From Anaerolineaceae bacterium (lineage in GTDB: Bacteria; Chloroflexota; Anaerolineae; Anaerolineales; E44-bin32), in NCBI GenBank assembly GCA_020350285.1, contig CP070708.1, positions 3,301,970-3,365,969 of the forward strand: 64,000 nucleotides of DNA, given 5' to 3'. The position numbers were made by a program, and so were the translations under genes. Under the pieces are notes generated by a model. It worked only from the letters and a program-made list of their open reading frames with translations, searched no databases and was not told the origin of the DNA. This document shows positions 56,083 to 64,000 of the stretch, piece by piece; positions within the stretch are counted from its first letter, which is position 1, and each line of letters opens with the position of its first letter.

Positions 56083-56100
56083 TATAATCTCTGTTAGAAT
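56083..56100 (+). promoter_or_regulatory. Tandem -10 elements TATAAT and TG-n-TAGAAT just upstream of the HIT gene
   Basis: tataat at 56083-56088 and tgt-tagaat at 56092-56100, with the ATG at 56115. This implies a very short leader. Confidence 0.4.
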
Positions 56101-56114
56101 CACTCAACCTCAAA

Positions 56115-56612
56115 ATGAAGCGTATTTGGGCACCCTGGCGTATGGCTTACATCAAAGGTGACACGGAAGAAACTGGCTGTTTGTTTTGCAATCGGCTTAC
56201 CCAGCACGATGGACCACAAAATCTCATCCTCTACCGCGGCCAACGGGCGTTTGTCATCCTCAACCGATTTCCTTATACCAATGGCCATATGATGGTCGTC
56301 CCGAACGAACACAAACCTTCGATTGAAGAACTCGACGATCAAACTCTGGCAGAATTGTTCCAATTAACCAATCAGGCTTTAGGTATTCTCCGCCAAACCT
56401 ATGGTGCTGAGAATTTTAATATCGGGATTAACATCGGCGAGGCTTCCGGCGCAGGCGTAACTGATCATGTACATCTTCATGTCGTTCCGCGCTGGTCCGG
56501 AGATACGAGTTTCATGTCCACCGTGGCTGAAACGCGCGTCCTTCCAGAGGCATTGGAAGAGACCTTCGAGAAATTGCTATCGGCATGGATTCAAAGCAAC
56601 CATCATCCTTGA
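56115..56612 (+). CDS. HIT-family nucleotide hydrolase/transferase
   Basis: Histidine triad HVHLHVVPRW and an N-terminal WAPWR..Y segment. Confidence 0.85.
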   Translation: MKRIWAPWRMAYIKGDTEETGCLFCNRLTQHDGPQNLILYRGQRAFVILNRFPYTNGHMMVVPNEHKPSIEELDDQTLAELFQLTNQALGILRQTYGAENFNIGINIGEASGAGVTDHVHLHVVPRWSGDTSFMSTVAETRVLPEALEETFEKLLSAWIQSNHHP

Positions 56613-56669
56613 GGGTCCACCAGATGTATTCCCCTTTCGTTGTCACATTCCATAAATAACGAGGTAAGG

Positions 56670-57881
56670 ATGACCAACAAACACAATCCCCGCGATCCTG
56701 TTATTCTTAGTGCGGCCCGCACACCCACCGGTAGGTTTCAAGGCGCCCTGGGCTCGTTATCAGCCACCCAATTAGGGGCAATTGCGATTAGTGAAGCCGT
56801 CGTTCGTGCAGGACTTTCAGATTCTGGCGAGATCGATGAGGTGTTGATGGGCAACGTGGTTTCAGCCGGATTAGGCCAAGCACCCGCGAGGCAAGCTGCG
56901 ATTTTTGCCGGACTTCCACCCACCGTAGGGGCCTCGACGGTCAATAAAGTCTGTGGTTCTAGCCTCAAAGCCGGCATGATCGCATCACAAGCCATCAAGG
57001 CTGGGGATGCGGACTTGATTGTCGCCGGTGGCTTGGAGAGCATGAGCAACGCTCCTTATCTCATCCATGGTCGCGGTGGGCAGTTGCGATATGGTCATGC
57101 TCAACTCGTCGACGCTTTACTCCACGACGGTCTTTGGGATCCTTTTGAAGATTGGGTCATGGGCATGGCGGCTGAGTGGATCGGTGAGCAATACGAGGTG
57201 ACGCGAGAAGCCATGGACCGCTGGGCGTTTGAGAGCCAACAGAAAGCGATCACAGCCATGGACGCTGGGAAATTCAATGACGAGATTGTCCCAGTTGAGG
57301 TGCCTGGAAGAAAAGGCCAAGTGACGGTTGTTGACAAGGATGAAAGCCCACGACGGGATACCACACTCGAAAAACTAATGTCCCTCAAACCCGCCTTCAA
57401 AGAAGATGGCAGCGTGACTGCAGGAAATTCATCAACTCTGAACGATGGAGCTGCTGCGGTGATCTACGCGAGTAGAAACAAAGCCGAAGCCTTAGGTGTA
57501 AAACCATTGGCACGGGTTATCGGGTATGCGCAAGCAGCGGTCCCACCTATCGAATTGTTTATCGCTCCCGCTAGAGCCATTCCAAAACTACTCGAAAAGA
57601 TCGGCTGGGAACTCTCCGATGTCGACCTTATAGAATTAAATGAGGCTTTTGCGGCTCAAGTTCTTGCCGACGGATATGCACTGGCAGATATGGGTTGGGA
57701 TTGGGACAAAGTCAATGTGAATGGTGGCGCGATCGCTCTTGGTCATCCAATCGGAGCATCGGGCGCCAGAGTTTTAACCACACTGCTCTATGCTCTTAAA
57801 GATCGAGGATTGAAACGCGGCATTGCGTCGCTTTGCCTCGGAGGTGGTGAAGCTGTGGCAATGGCCATTGAGATAGAATAA
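56670..57881 (+). CDS. Acetyl-CoA C-acetyltransferase (bacterial thiolase II)
   Basis: TVNKVCGSSLKA active-site Cys, NEAFAAQ, NVNGGAIALGHPIGASGAR and CLGGGEAVAM. The start was trimmed to the ATG at 56670, preceded by GAGGTAAGG. Confidence 0.92.
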   Translation: MTNKHNPRDPVILSAARTPTGRFQGALGSLSATQLGAIAISEAVVRAGLSDSGEIDEVLMGNVVSAGLGQAPARQAAIFAGLPPTVGASTVNKVCGSSLKAGMIASQAIKAGDADLIVAGGLESMSNAPYLIHGRGGQLRYGHAQLVDALLHDGLWDPFEDWVMGMAAEWIGEQYEVTREAMDRWAFESQQKAITAMDAGKFNDEIVPVEVPGRKGQVTVVDKDESPRRDTTLEKLMSLKPAFKEDGSVTAGNSSTLNDGAAAVIYASRNKAEALGVKPLARVIGYAQAAVPPIELFIAPARAIPKLLEKIGWELSDVDLIELNEAFAAQVLADGYALADMGWDWDKVNVNGGAIALGHPIGASGARVLTTLLYALKDRGLKRGIASLCLGGGEAVAMAIEIE

Positions 57882-58119
57882 AAATCTCAAATTGCCACAC
57901 CACGATCTTAAGAATGTTGATCAAGGTATAACCAAAGTCAACATCTTGCTGATCATCATAGACGTCACAATCTTTTTGTACCGTGCTTCAAACATAACAA
58001 CTCGGTTTTAATTAAACCTATAGAAGATGATCACTTCATATACTCCCTAACCAAGATTTCGTGCAGTATCGAACCATTCACCAAACAATAATCGACATTG
58101 CTTGCTAGGAGAAAGAATC

Positions 58120-58971
58120 ATGGAAATCAAGAATATTGTTGTCGTCGGTGCAGGGACGATGGGCAACGGCATCGCACAGACGGCTGCGGTAGCTGGTTAT
58201 GAGGTGACCATGACCGACGTCGTCCCAGAGGCAATCGAAAAGGCTAAAGCGACAATCGCGAAATCGGCCGAAAAGTTATTCAGTAAGGGCGTGATCGATG
58301 AATCCCAAAAGGAAGCTGCGCTCAATATCCAGACCGCTTTGCACCTTGTCCCAACTCAAGGAGCGGATCTGGTCATCGAGGCTGCCACTGAACAGCCCGA
58401 TCTTAAAATTGAGCTCTTCGATGAGCTTAATCGTCTAGCCCCATCGCAATCGATCCTGGCCACAAACACCTCTTCGATTTCGATCACCAAGATCGGTGCA
58501 GCCACGGATCGACCCGATAAAGTGATCGGGATGCATTTCTTCAATCCCGTGCCTCTCATGAAGCTGCTAGAGGTTGTGCGTGGTCTCGCCACCTCGGATG
58601 AGACCACTGAGACCGTCTTTGATGTGGGGCGAAAGATGGGCAAAGAACCCGTGGAGGCAAAGGATTCACCGGGTTTCATCTCCAACCGCATTCTTTGTCC
58701 AATGATCAACGAAGCGATCTTCGCCTTGCAGGAAGGTATCGGCACAGCCGAGGCGATCGATAAAGTAATGAAGCTCGGCATGAATCATCCCATGGGACCT
58801 TTGGCATTAGCCGACCTGATCGGGTTGGATGTTGTCCTCCTTGTCCTCAAGGTGCTGCACCGTGATCTTGGTGAGGATAAGTATCGACCCGCCCCCCTGC
58901 TGCGCAGGATGGTCAACGCCGGTTATTACGGCCGAAAGACAGGACGTGGATTTTATGAGTATGCGGATTAG
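58120..58971 (+). CDS. hbd: 3-hydroxybutyryl-CoA dehydrogenase
   Basis: [12 protein letters not shown] Rossmann motif, NTSS, HFFNP, PGF..NR and MGP..L.D..GLD. ATG at 58120 preceded by AGGAGAAAG. Confidence 0.9.
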   Translation: MEIKNIVVVGAGTMGNGIAQTAAVAGYEVTMTDVVPEAIEKAKATIAKSAEKLFSKGVIDESQKEAALNIQTALHLVPTQGADLVIEAATEQPDLKIELFDELNRLAPSQSILATNTSSISITKIGAATDRPDKVIGMHFFNPVPLMKLLEVVRGLATSDETTETVFDVGRKMGKEPVEAKDSPGFISNRILCPMINEAIFALQEGIGTAEAIDKVMKLGMNHPMGPLALADLIGLDVVLLVLKVLHRDLGEDKYRPAPLLRRMVNAGYYGRKTGRGFYEYAD

Positions 58972-59033
58972 GCACCTAGGCACATAGGCACTAAGGTTGA
59001 AAGGCGGACACCTTTCTTCAAGGCTCAATGGAA

Positions 59034-59061
59034 TTAGGGATCAGGGATAAGGGATCAAGCG
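59034..59061. repeat. Heptamer tandem repeat (TNAGGGA) x4, related to 2636-2713
   Basis: ttaggga tcaggga taaggga tcaagcg. Confidence 0.7.
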
Positions 59062-59286
59062 AAAACTAAATTAGATCATTGGTTCAGCGGGTGGTTGGCG
59101 AAGAAAGGCGGCCACCCGCCTTGCATTCCACGTCTTATGCCGCTTACATGGCGGATTTTCACTTAACCCTCAAAATTATCAGAGTAGGATGACCTCCCTA
59201 ATTGCATCGGGAGCATTTTTCCAGTATTTTGGTGCTACTGACAATAAAACCGCACCAGTATCCTCGAAATCTGAGGAGGGAAAATC

Positions 59287-59595
59287 ATGAAAGCATTTCT
59301 CTATCCGCTATGGTTTCTATTCGGATCTATCTTCGCCTACCTCGCATATATGCATTGGCGCTACTCTGATACACCGATTAGACCATTTTATCTCCGGCAA
59401 CCAACCGGCTCAGATGATATGACATCTGAAGTTCCCGAGCAGGATAAACTCGCCCGCAAGGTTGTTGAGGATCTGAATAATTACGTGGAGAAAATGAACG
59501 GCAATCTGAGTAAGCGGAATCGGGTTGCTGCGACTGGATATTTCGCTGCCGTCATCGTTTGTTTGATCTCGATCTTCCTGGTGTACGTCACCTGA
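59287..59595 (+). CDS. Small two-TM protein, paralog A (WRYSxTPIRPF motif)
   Basis: 102 aa. GAGGAGGG RBS, an N-terminal TM segment, then WRYSDTPIRPF, and a C-terminal TM segment after R.RVAA.G. Confidence 0.55.
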   Translation: MKAFLYPLWFLFGSIFAYLAYMHWRYSDTPIRPFYLRQPTGSDDMTSEVPEQDKLARKVVEDLNNYVEKMNGNLSKRNRVAATGYFAAVIVCLISIFLVYVT

Positions 59596-59746
59596 ATTGG
59601 CTTCTAAAACGAAACAAGGTTGGTAAGTCACTATCCGGAAGATCTTCTCACAACCGAGGATTTACTGGAGCAAGCCATTTAACCGAAATACGCCAATGGC
59701 AGGTGTAAGGGAATCGAACTAACTCGCGATCAATTGAGGTGTACTC

Positions 59747-60037
59747 ATGGCCTACTTCGTCTGGCTACCACTAACGGTGATCTTTTTCTACTTCTCTTTC
59801 ATCTTCTGGAGATATTCACGTACTCCTATCAGACCATTCATATTCCGAAAGCGGGGAGAAGCACGACAAATTGAAGTGGAGGGGGGTGCTTCAGAATCGC
59901 TTTCAGATGATTTAGCTCAGGACATTGATGGATTTGTGAAATCAGTGAATGATACCAACAGGATTCGCTACAGGGTCGCTGCTCTTGGATTTCTCATCGC
60001 GGCGGTAAACGCCTTGGTCACGATCTTCTTTCTATGA
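59747..60037 (+). CDS. Small two-TM protein, paralog B (WRYSxTPIRPF motif)
   Basis: 96 aa with a GAGGTG RBS. It has the same architecture as paralog A, and WRYSRTPIRPF is conserved. Confidence 0.55.
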   Translation: MAYFVWLPLTVIFFYFSFIFWRYSRTPIRPFIFRKRGEARQIEVEGGASESLSDDLAQDIDGFVKSVNDTNRIRYRVAALGFLIAAVNALVTIFFL

Positions 60038-60075
60038 GACATTAAAACCTAACTTTAAAATATTCACAGTAAACC

Positions 60076-60102
60076 ATAGGGGCGGGGTGACCCCGCCCCT
60101 AT
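60076..60102. repeat. ATAGGGGCGGGGTGACCCCGCCCCTAT palindrome, probably serving as a bidirectional terminator
   Basis: ataggggcggggtgaccccgcccctat lies between convergent genes ending at 60037 (+) and 60126 (-). Confidence 0.7.
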
Positions 60103-60125
60103 GTCTTTTAAACCCAGAAACCCTC

Positions 60126-61580
60126 TTAATCGTCCTTTGAAAGCAACTCCTCGAAGATCGCTTTTACCATTTGTGGATTTGCTTTTCCTTGTGTTTTCTG
60201 CATCACCTGTCCAACAAACCAACCAATAATTGTCGTCTTTCCATCTTTATATGTCGTCACTTGTTCAGGGTTTGCGGACAGGATCTCTGACGCCAAGGAT
60301 CGCAAAGTCTCATCGTCAGAAACTTGAGCTAAACCCTCCTCTTCAACGATCTCACTTGGATTGCGACCACTCTCCTCAACCTTTTCCAGCATCGCTTTGC
60401 CTGTACTGGTGGTGATCACCTTCTCCTCGACCATGTGGATGATCTCAGCAAGGTGTTTAGGACGCAAACGCAGGCTTTCCGCTCTAACTCCCCGCTCTCG
60501 GATCATACGCAACACATCATTCATCAACCAATTCGAGACCACCTTGGCTTCGCCATCATAGAACGAGACCGCTTGTTCGAAATAATCCGACAAACTACGC
60601 TCATCTGTAAGGATTTCAGCATCATACAAAGGTAGCGCGTATTGATCGACAAATCGAGCACGTCTTTCCAGAGGTAGTTCGGGTAGATGCGCAAGAATTT
60701 CCTCGCACCACTTCTCATCCAGCCGTATAGGGAGCAGGTCCGGCTCGCGGAAATATCTGTAATCAGCTTCGGTTTCTTTGGTACGCATCTTAGCTAATGT
60801 CCCGCTGTCCTCGTCCCAGGTGAGCGTCCATGCCCCGATCGTCTTCCCAGAATCGACCTCCCGTATCTGACGTTCAACCTCGGCTTGGATCGCAGTTCGT
60901 ACATTTTCTATCGAATTGAGATTCTTGATCTCAGTTTTGGTAGACAGTTTTTCTGCCCCGATTGGTCTGATAGAGACGTTTGCGTCGCATCTCAGTTGGC
61001 CCTTCTCCATGTCCCCCTCTGAGATACCTAACCAGCGTAAAAGCTGCCGCAACCGAATCAGGTATTGGGCTGCCTCATCAGCTGAGCGAAGATCTGGGCC
61101 AGTGACCATCTCAACCAACGGGACACCGCAGCGGTTGAAATCGATGAGGCGCTTACCATTTTGATACACCGTCTTACCCGCGTCCTCTTCAATGTGCAAC
61201 TTGGTAATGGTTACCAGACGACTGGAACCATCCGGCATCGGTAGATCGAGCTTCCCACCCCGTGCCAAAGGTTCATCATATTGGCTGATTTGATAACCCT
61301 TTGGCAAGTCGGGATAGAAATAATTCTTCCGAGCGAAATATGAAATCGGCTGGATCGATACAGCATGCATTGCTGCAGCCAGCAACACCGCTTTTTCCAC
61401 CACGGATCGGTTGAGAACCGGCAACACACCTGGCAAACCGGTGCACACTGGACAGATATTGGTATTCGGCGGATCACCCCACGAATCCGCTTTGCATCCA
61501 CAAAAGATCTTGCTTTGGGTATTCAATTGGATATGTGTCTCGAGACCAATGACCACTTCAAATTCAGACACCACACCCAT
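60126..61580 (-). CDS. gatB: Asp-tRNA(Asn)/Glu-tRNA(Gln) amidotransferase subunit B
   Basis: FEVVIGLETHIQL, KIFC.C, NRCGVPL.E.V, RCDANVS, and a C-terminal YqeY-like tail. GGAGGATG RBS. Confidence 0.95.
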   Translation of the reverse strand: MGVVSEFEVVIGLETHIQLNTQSKIFCGCKADSWGDPPNTNICPVCTGLPGVLPVLNRSVVEKAVLLAAAMHAVSIQPISYFARKNYFYPDLPKGYQISQYDEPLARGGKLDLPMPDGSSRLVTITKLHIEEDAGKTVYQNGKRLIDFNRCGVPLVEMVTGPDLRSADEAAQYLIRLRQLLRWLGISEGDMEKGQLRCDANVSIRPIGAEKLSTKTEIKNLNSIENVRTAIQAEVERQIREVDSGKTIGAWTLTWDEDSGTLAKMRTKETEADYRYFREPDLLPIRLDEKWCEEILAHLPELPLERRARFVDQYALPLYDAEILTDERSLSDYFEQAVSFYDGEAKVVSNWLMNDVLRMIRERGVRAESLRLRPKHLAEIIHMVEEKVITTSTGKAMLEKVEESGRNPSEIVEEEGLAQVSDDETLRSLASEILSANPEQVTTYKDGKTTIIGWFVGQVMQKTQGKANPQMVKAIFEELLSKDD

Positions 61581-61639
61581 CCTCCGTTGGCCTTCGTCAA
61601 GACTCCAGAGCTTAGGAGCTTCGAAAAACCTAACGCCCT

Positions 61640-62839
61640 CTACCTTTCCTCAACATCAATTCTCACGATCCTATCCTCGAGCGTCAATTCCCGCACGACC
61701 TCCAATCCATCGATCACGTAACCAAAAACTGTGAATGCACCATCCAATTGGAGGTTATCTTGAAGGAGAATATAGAACTGACTTCCACTCGATGCGTTCA
61801 CGTCTGCTCGGAAGAGAAAGCCGACCGCGCTTTCAGAATTGGGCATCCCAATCTCAGTTGGTAAAGTATATCCGACATCGCTATCCACTCTACCAGCCGG
61901 CGAACCGGTCAACACGAGGGCGTCTGGTTCAACAAACACAATCGGGAATTCATCCCAATATCCTAGCAGAGCAAGCACATAGAAGTTATTAACGCTTTCT
62001 GGCGCAAATTGAGGGCGTAATTCGACTTCAATCTCCCCCTTCGTCGTCTCGATGATGGCGAAATAAAACTTGGATACGTCAATGACCATGCCGGGCTTGC
62101 CCGTATAGAGGCCTTCCCGATCTGCAATCTCGAGCAAGGCCAGTGGTCGGCCCTCCTCCAATTGAGGCACGACAGGAATCGGTGTCGCTGTTGGAGGTGG
62201 AAGTAGGCTTACAGGTATCACTTCGATCTCAACCTTTTGAAGAAGATCACCAAGATAATCAGGATTCTCCTGAGGATCGCGCAGGGAGAGAGAAAGAACC
62301 ACGTCCATACCTTCCACGACCTTGCCAAAGATCGTATGGCGGCCCGTCAGGTATTCCGTGGAGCCAAAGGTGATGAAGAATTGACTGCCATTGGTGTTGG
62401 GACCACCATTTGCCATCGCAAAGTAACCCGCACCATCAAAGCGAAGATCAGGATGAAATTCATCCTCAAAAGTGTATCCTGGACCGCCTCCCCCAGTACC
62501 GGTTGGGTCGCCTCCTTGAGCCATGAAGTCCGGCAGCACTCGATGGAAGGTCGTGCCGTCGTAATATCCTTGCCTGGCCAAAAAGACAAAGTTGTTGACC
62601 GTTTTAGGTGCTTTTGAAGCGAAGAGTTCTATTTTGATCTCACCCTTTTCCGTTACTAACGTAGCGAGATAGATCGTTTCCGGATCAATGGACATCTCTG
62701 GTGGGGTATCCCATTGTTTTGGGGATGAGGTGGAGGTAGCTATCTCATTCCTAGTAATGCTCGGTCCGCAGGCCACAAGGATGATGGACAAGATTGAGAC
62801 AACCAGTAAATAGGTTATGAAATTAATTCGATGAGTCAA
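61640..62839 (-). CDS. Lipoprotein with one canonical and one degenerate cyclophilin-type PPIase domain
   Basis: Lipobox LVACG. Domain 1 has [27 protein letters not shown]. Domain 2 aligns but reads [17 protein letters not shown] at the catalytic position. TTG start with AGGAGG RBS. Confidence 0.85.
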   Translation of the reverse strand: MTHRINFITYLLVVSILSIILVACGPSITRNEIATSTSSPKQWDTPPEMSIDPETIYLATLVTEKGEIKIELFASKAPKTVNNFVFLARQGYYDGTTFHRVLPDFMAQGGDPTGTGGGGPGYTFEDEFHPDLRFDGAGYFAMANGGPNTNGSQFFITFGSTEYLTGRHTIFGKVVEGMDVVLSLSLRDPQENPDYLGDLLQKVEIEVIPVSLLPPPTATPIPVVPQLEEGRPLALLEIADREGLYTGKPGMVIDVSKFYFAIIETTKGEIEVELRPQFAPESVNNFYVLALLGYWDEFPIVFVEPDALVLTGSPAGRVDSDVGYTLPTEIGMPNSESAVGFLFRADVNASSGSQFYILLQDNLQLDGAFTVFGYVIDGLEVVRELTLEDRIVRIDVEER

Positions 62840-62922
62840 AGGAACCTCCTTAATGATCTAGTCAACGAATACTTTGAACCGAGAAACATGATGTTCACAA
62901 CACTACGAACAGTGCCCTTCCA

Positions 62923-63999
62923 CTACTCAGGTTCACTCTGATCTTTAATGAGGCGAGCGATGTAGTGAGAACTCCAACCTCTTATACGGGAACCTTCAAG
63001 GTATATCTCGATACCAGCTAACGCCCTCGTTAGAAAAGGTGGAAAAAAGTCTGGCAGGAAGTTAAAGAAAAGGATTTCGTCTACCCAGCTTGCTCCTTCC
63101 AACTCTGGCAAGGCTGATGGCATCACCCATTTTTCCGTTCCATCATCAATTTCCCGGAGAAGGGGAAATATGTATCCCATGTAAAACCTAAAGATGGGAT
63201 TCTCTGTGTTGATCTCTTGCAAGAAGAAGATCCCCCCCGGCTTTAGCACCCGCACGACTTCATGAAAAGCTCTCCAGCGGGCTTGGAATTGGGTTATGTG
63301 ATGGATGACATTCACACTGAATACAAAATCAAATGTGCTCTCCTCATAAGGCAATGAAGCCCCATCAGCGACAGACAGATCCACCTCAACTTTTTCTTCA
63401 CGTGTGAAGTCACTCGCATGTTTGATTTGGTGGAGTGACAAATCACAAGCGCTCATATTAAATCCTTGTTTCGCCATTTCACTAACATACCAACCTTGCC
63501 CACAACCGATATCAAGCCCTCGCCATCCTGGTTGTGCACCTATGTGCTCGAGTTCTTGATGCATTGCTTCTACTTTCCGATTCAACAATCGATCACGAAC
63601 ATGCTGGGGCAGATTCTCTTCATACTCCTGGGCCATGAGATCAAAACGATCCTGCGGTTGTTGGAAACGATACAACTGAATGATGTAATCTTTCCAGATA
63701 ACGACCGCAAACAACCCAATACCTACTGCGAACCAGACCGTACCTGCCCTGAACACAGCGATGGCTATCGTTGCGATCTCCAATCCGATTCCCTTGGCCT
63801 GCAGAAGAAAAATCATAACCGAACCTGTAACGCCCACACCAAGGGGAATGCCCGTGATACCTCCGAAAATCGTTCCAAGACTGAAGACTTCGGTCACATC
63901 AACGCCTGGAATTTGAGCGCCCAATTCGCTCATCACAACCCATAAACCAAATACAGGGAAGATCCACGCGAATGCCGTCCCCAAGAAAACCGCTCCCAT
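62923..63999 (-). CDS. Fusion of a membrane domain and a class I SAM-dependent methyltransferase; the N-terminus may lie beyond the window end
   Basis: The N-terminal ~110 aa have 3-4 TM segments. The C-terminal part has the SAM motif I LDIGCGQGWY and motif FDFVFSVNVIHH. The ORF reaches within 1 nt of the window edge. Confidence 0.7.
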   Translation of the reverse strand: MGAVFLGTAFAWIFPVFGLWVVMSELGAQIPGVDVTEVFSLGTIFGGITGIPLGVGVTGSVMIFLLQAKGIGLEIATIAIAVFRAGTVWFAVGIGLFAVVIWKDYIIQLYRFQQPQDRFDLMAQEYEENLPQHVRDRLLNRKVEAMHQELEHIGAQPGWRGLDIGCGQGWYVSEMAKQGFNMSACDLSLHQIKHASDFTREEKVEVDLSVADGASLPYEESTFDFVFSVNVIHHITQFQARWRAFHEVVRVLKPGGIFFLQEINTENPIFRFYMGYIFPLLREIDDGTEKWVMPSALPELEGASWVDEILFFNFLPDFFPPFLTRALAGIEIYLEGSRIRGWSSHYIARLIKDQSEPE

Positions 64000-64000
64000 C

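Noticed and set aside
232-64000. Search for a dedicated phage-defence system (restriction-modification, CBASS, retron, toxin-antitoxin, Cas)
   Set aside because: I recognised no nuclease/ATPase/methylase combinations, reverse transcriptase, cyclase or small toxin-antitoxin pairs. The DUF151 nuclease stands alone next to dnaB with no partner genes.

Overview
A 64 kb, densely coding chromosomal segment: about 60 CDS, one tRNA, and no rRNA, CRISPR array or obvious prophage. Gene content and repeat families suggest a Chloroflexota (Anaerolineae-like) bacterium; this is inference only. In order, the window holds: (1) an SPFH-like membrane protein plus a pseudouridine kinase/glycosidase pair. (2) A replication module of DnaB, a DnaD-domain protein and an unusual tandem double DnaC/DnaI-like loader. 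(3) tRNA-Glu followed by a roughly 1.5 kb AT-rich islet that carries one carbon-nitrogen hydrolase and is bracketed by a 32-nt exact direct repeat. (4) Transporters and a Crp-family regulator. (5) A six-gene NatAB-like ABC-2 operon headed by a protein that fuses a thoroughly degenerate ABC nucleotide-binding domain to a LytTR DNA-binding domain. (6) A 13-gene co-directional block opened by a CarH/LitR-type B12 photoreceptor regulator. It contains UvdE, photolyase, SDR/DUF2867, a DUF1475-like protein, DegV, a TspO-like protein and a STAY-GREEN (Mg-dechelatase) homolog. I consider this block the best candidate for an undescribed light, UV and tetrapyrrole protection system. (7) A repeat-dense 580-bp intergenic region. 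(8) A GAF histidine kinase with a receiver whose phospho-acceptor Asp is replaced by Glu. (9) An upper mevalonate cluster: class II HMG-CoA reductase plus an archaeal-type HMG-CoA synthase/thiolase/DUF35 set. (10) Housekeeping genes (rplS, murI, gyrA, birA, gatB, thiolase, hbd), a six-PAS protein with no output domain, a penicillin/AHL-acylase family protein and two tandem paralogous small membrane proteins. Several dispersed repeat families are visible: GTAGGGGC-type palindromes, heptamer tandem repeats and GTCATTCCGAG-type inverted repeats. All functional calls rest on motif recognition by eye from the supplied translations. No database search was run.
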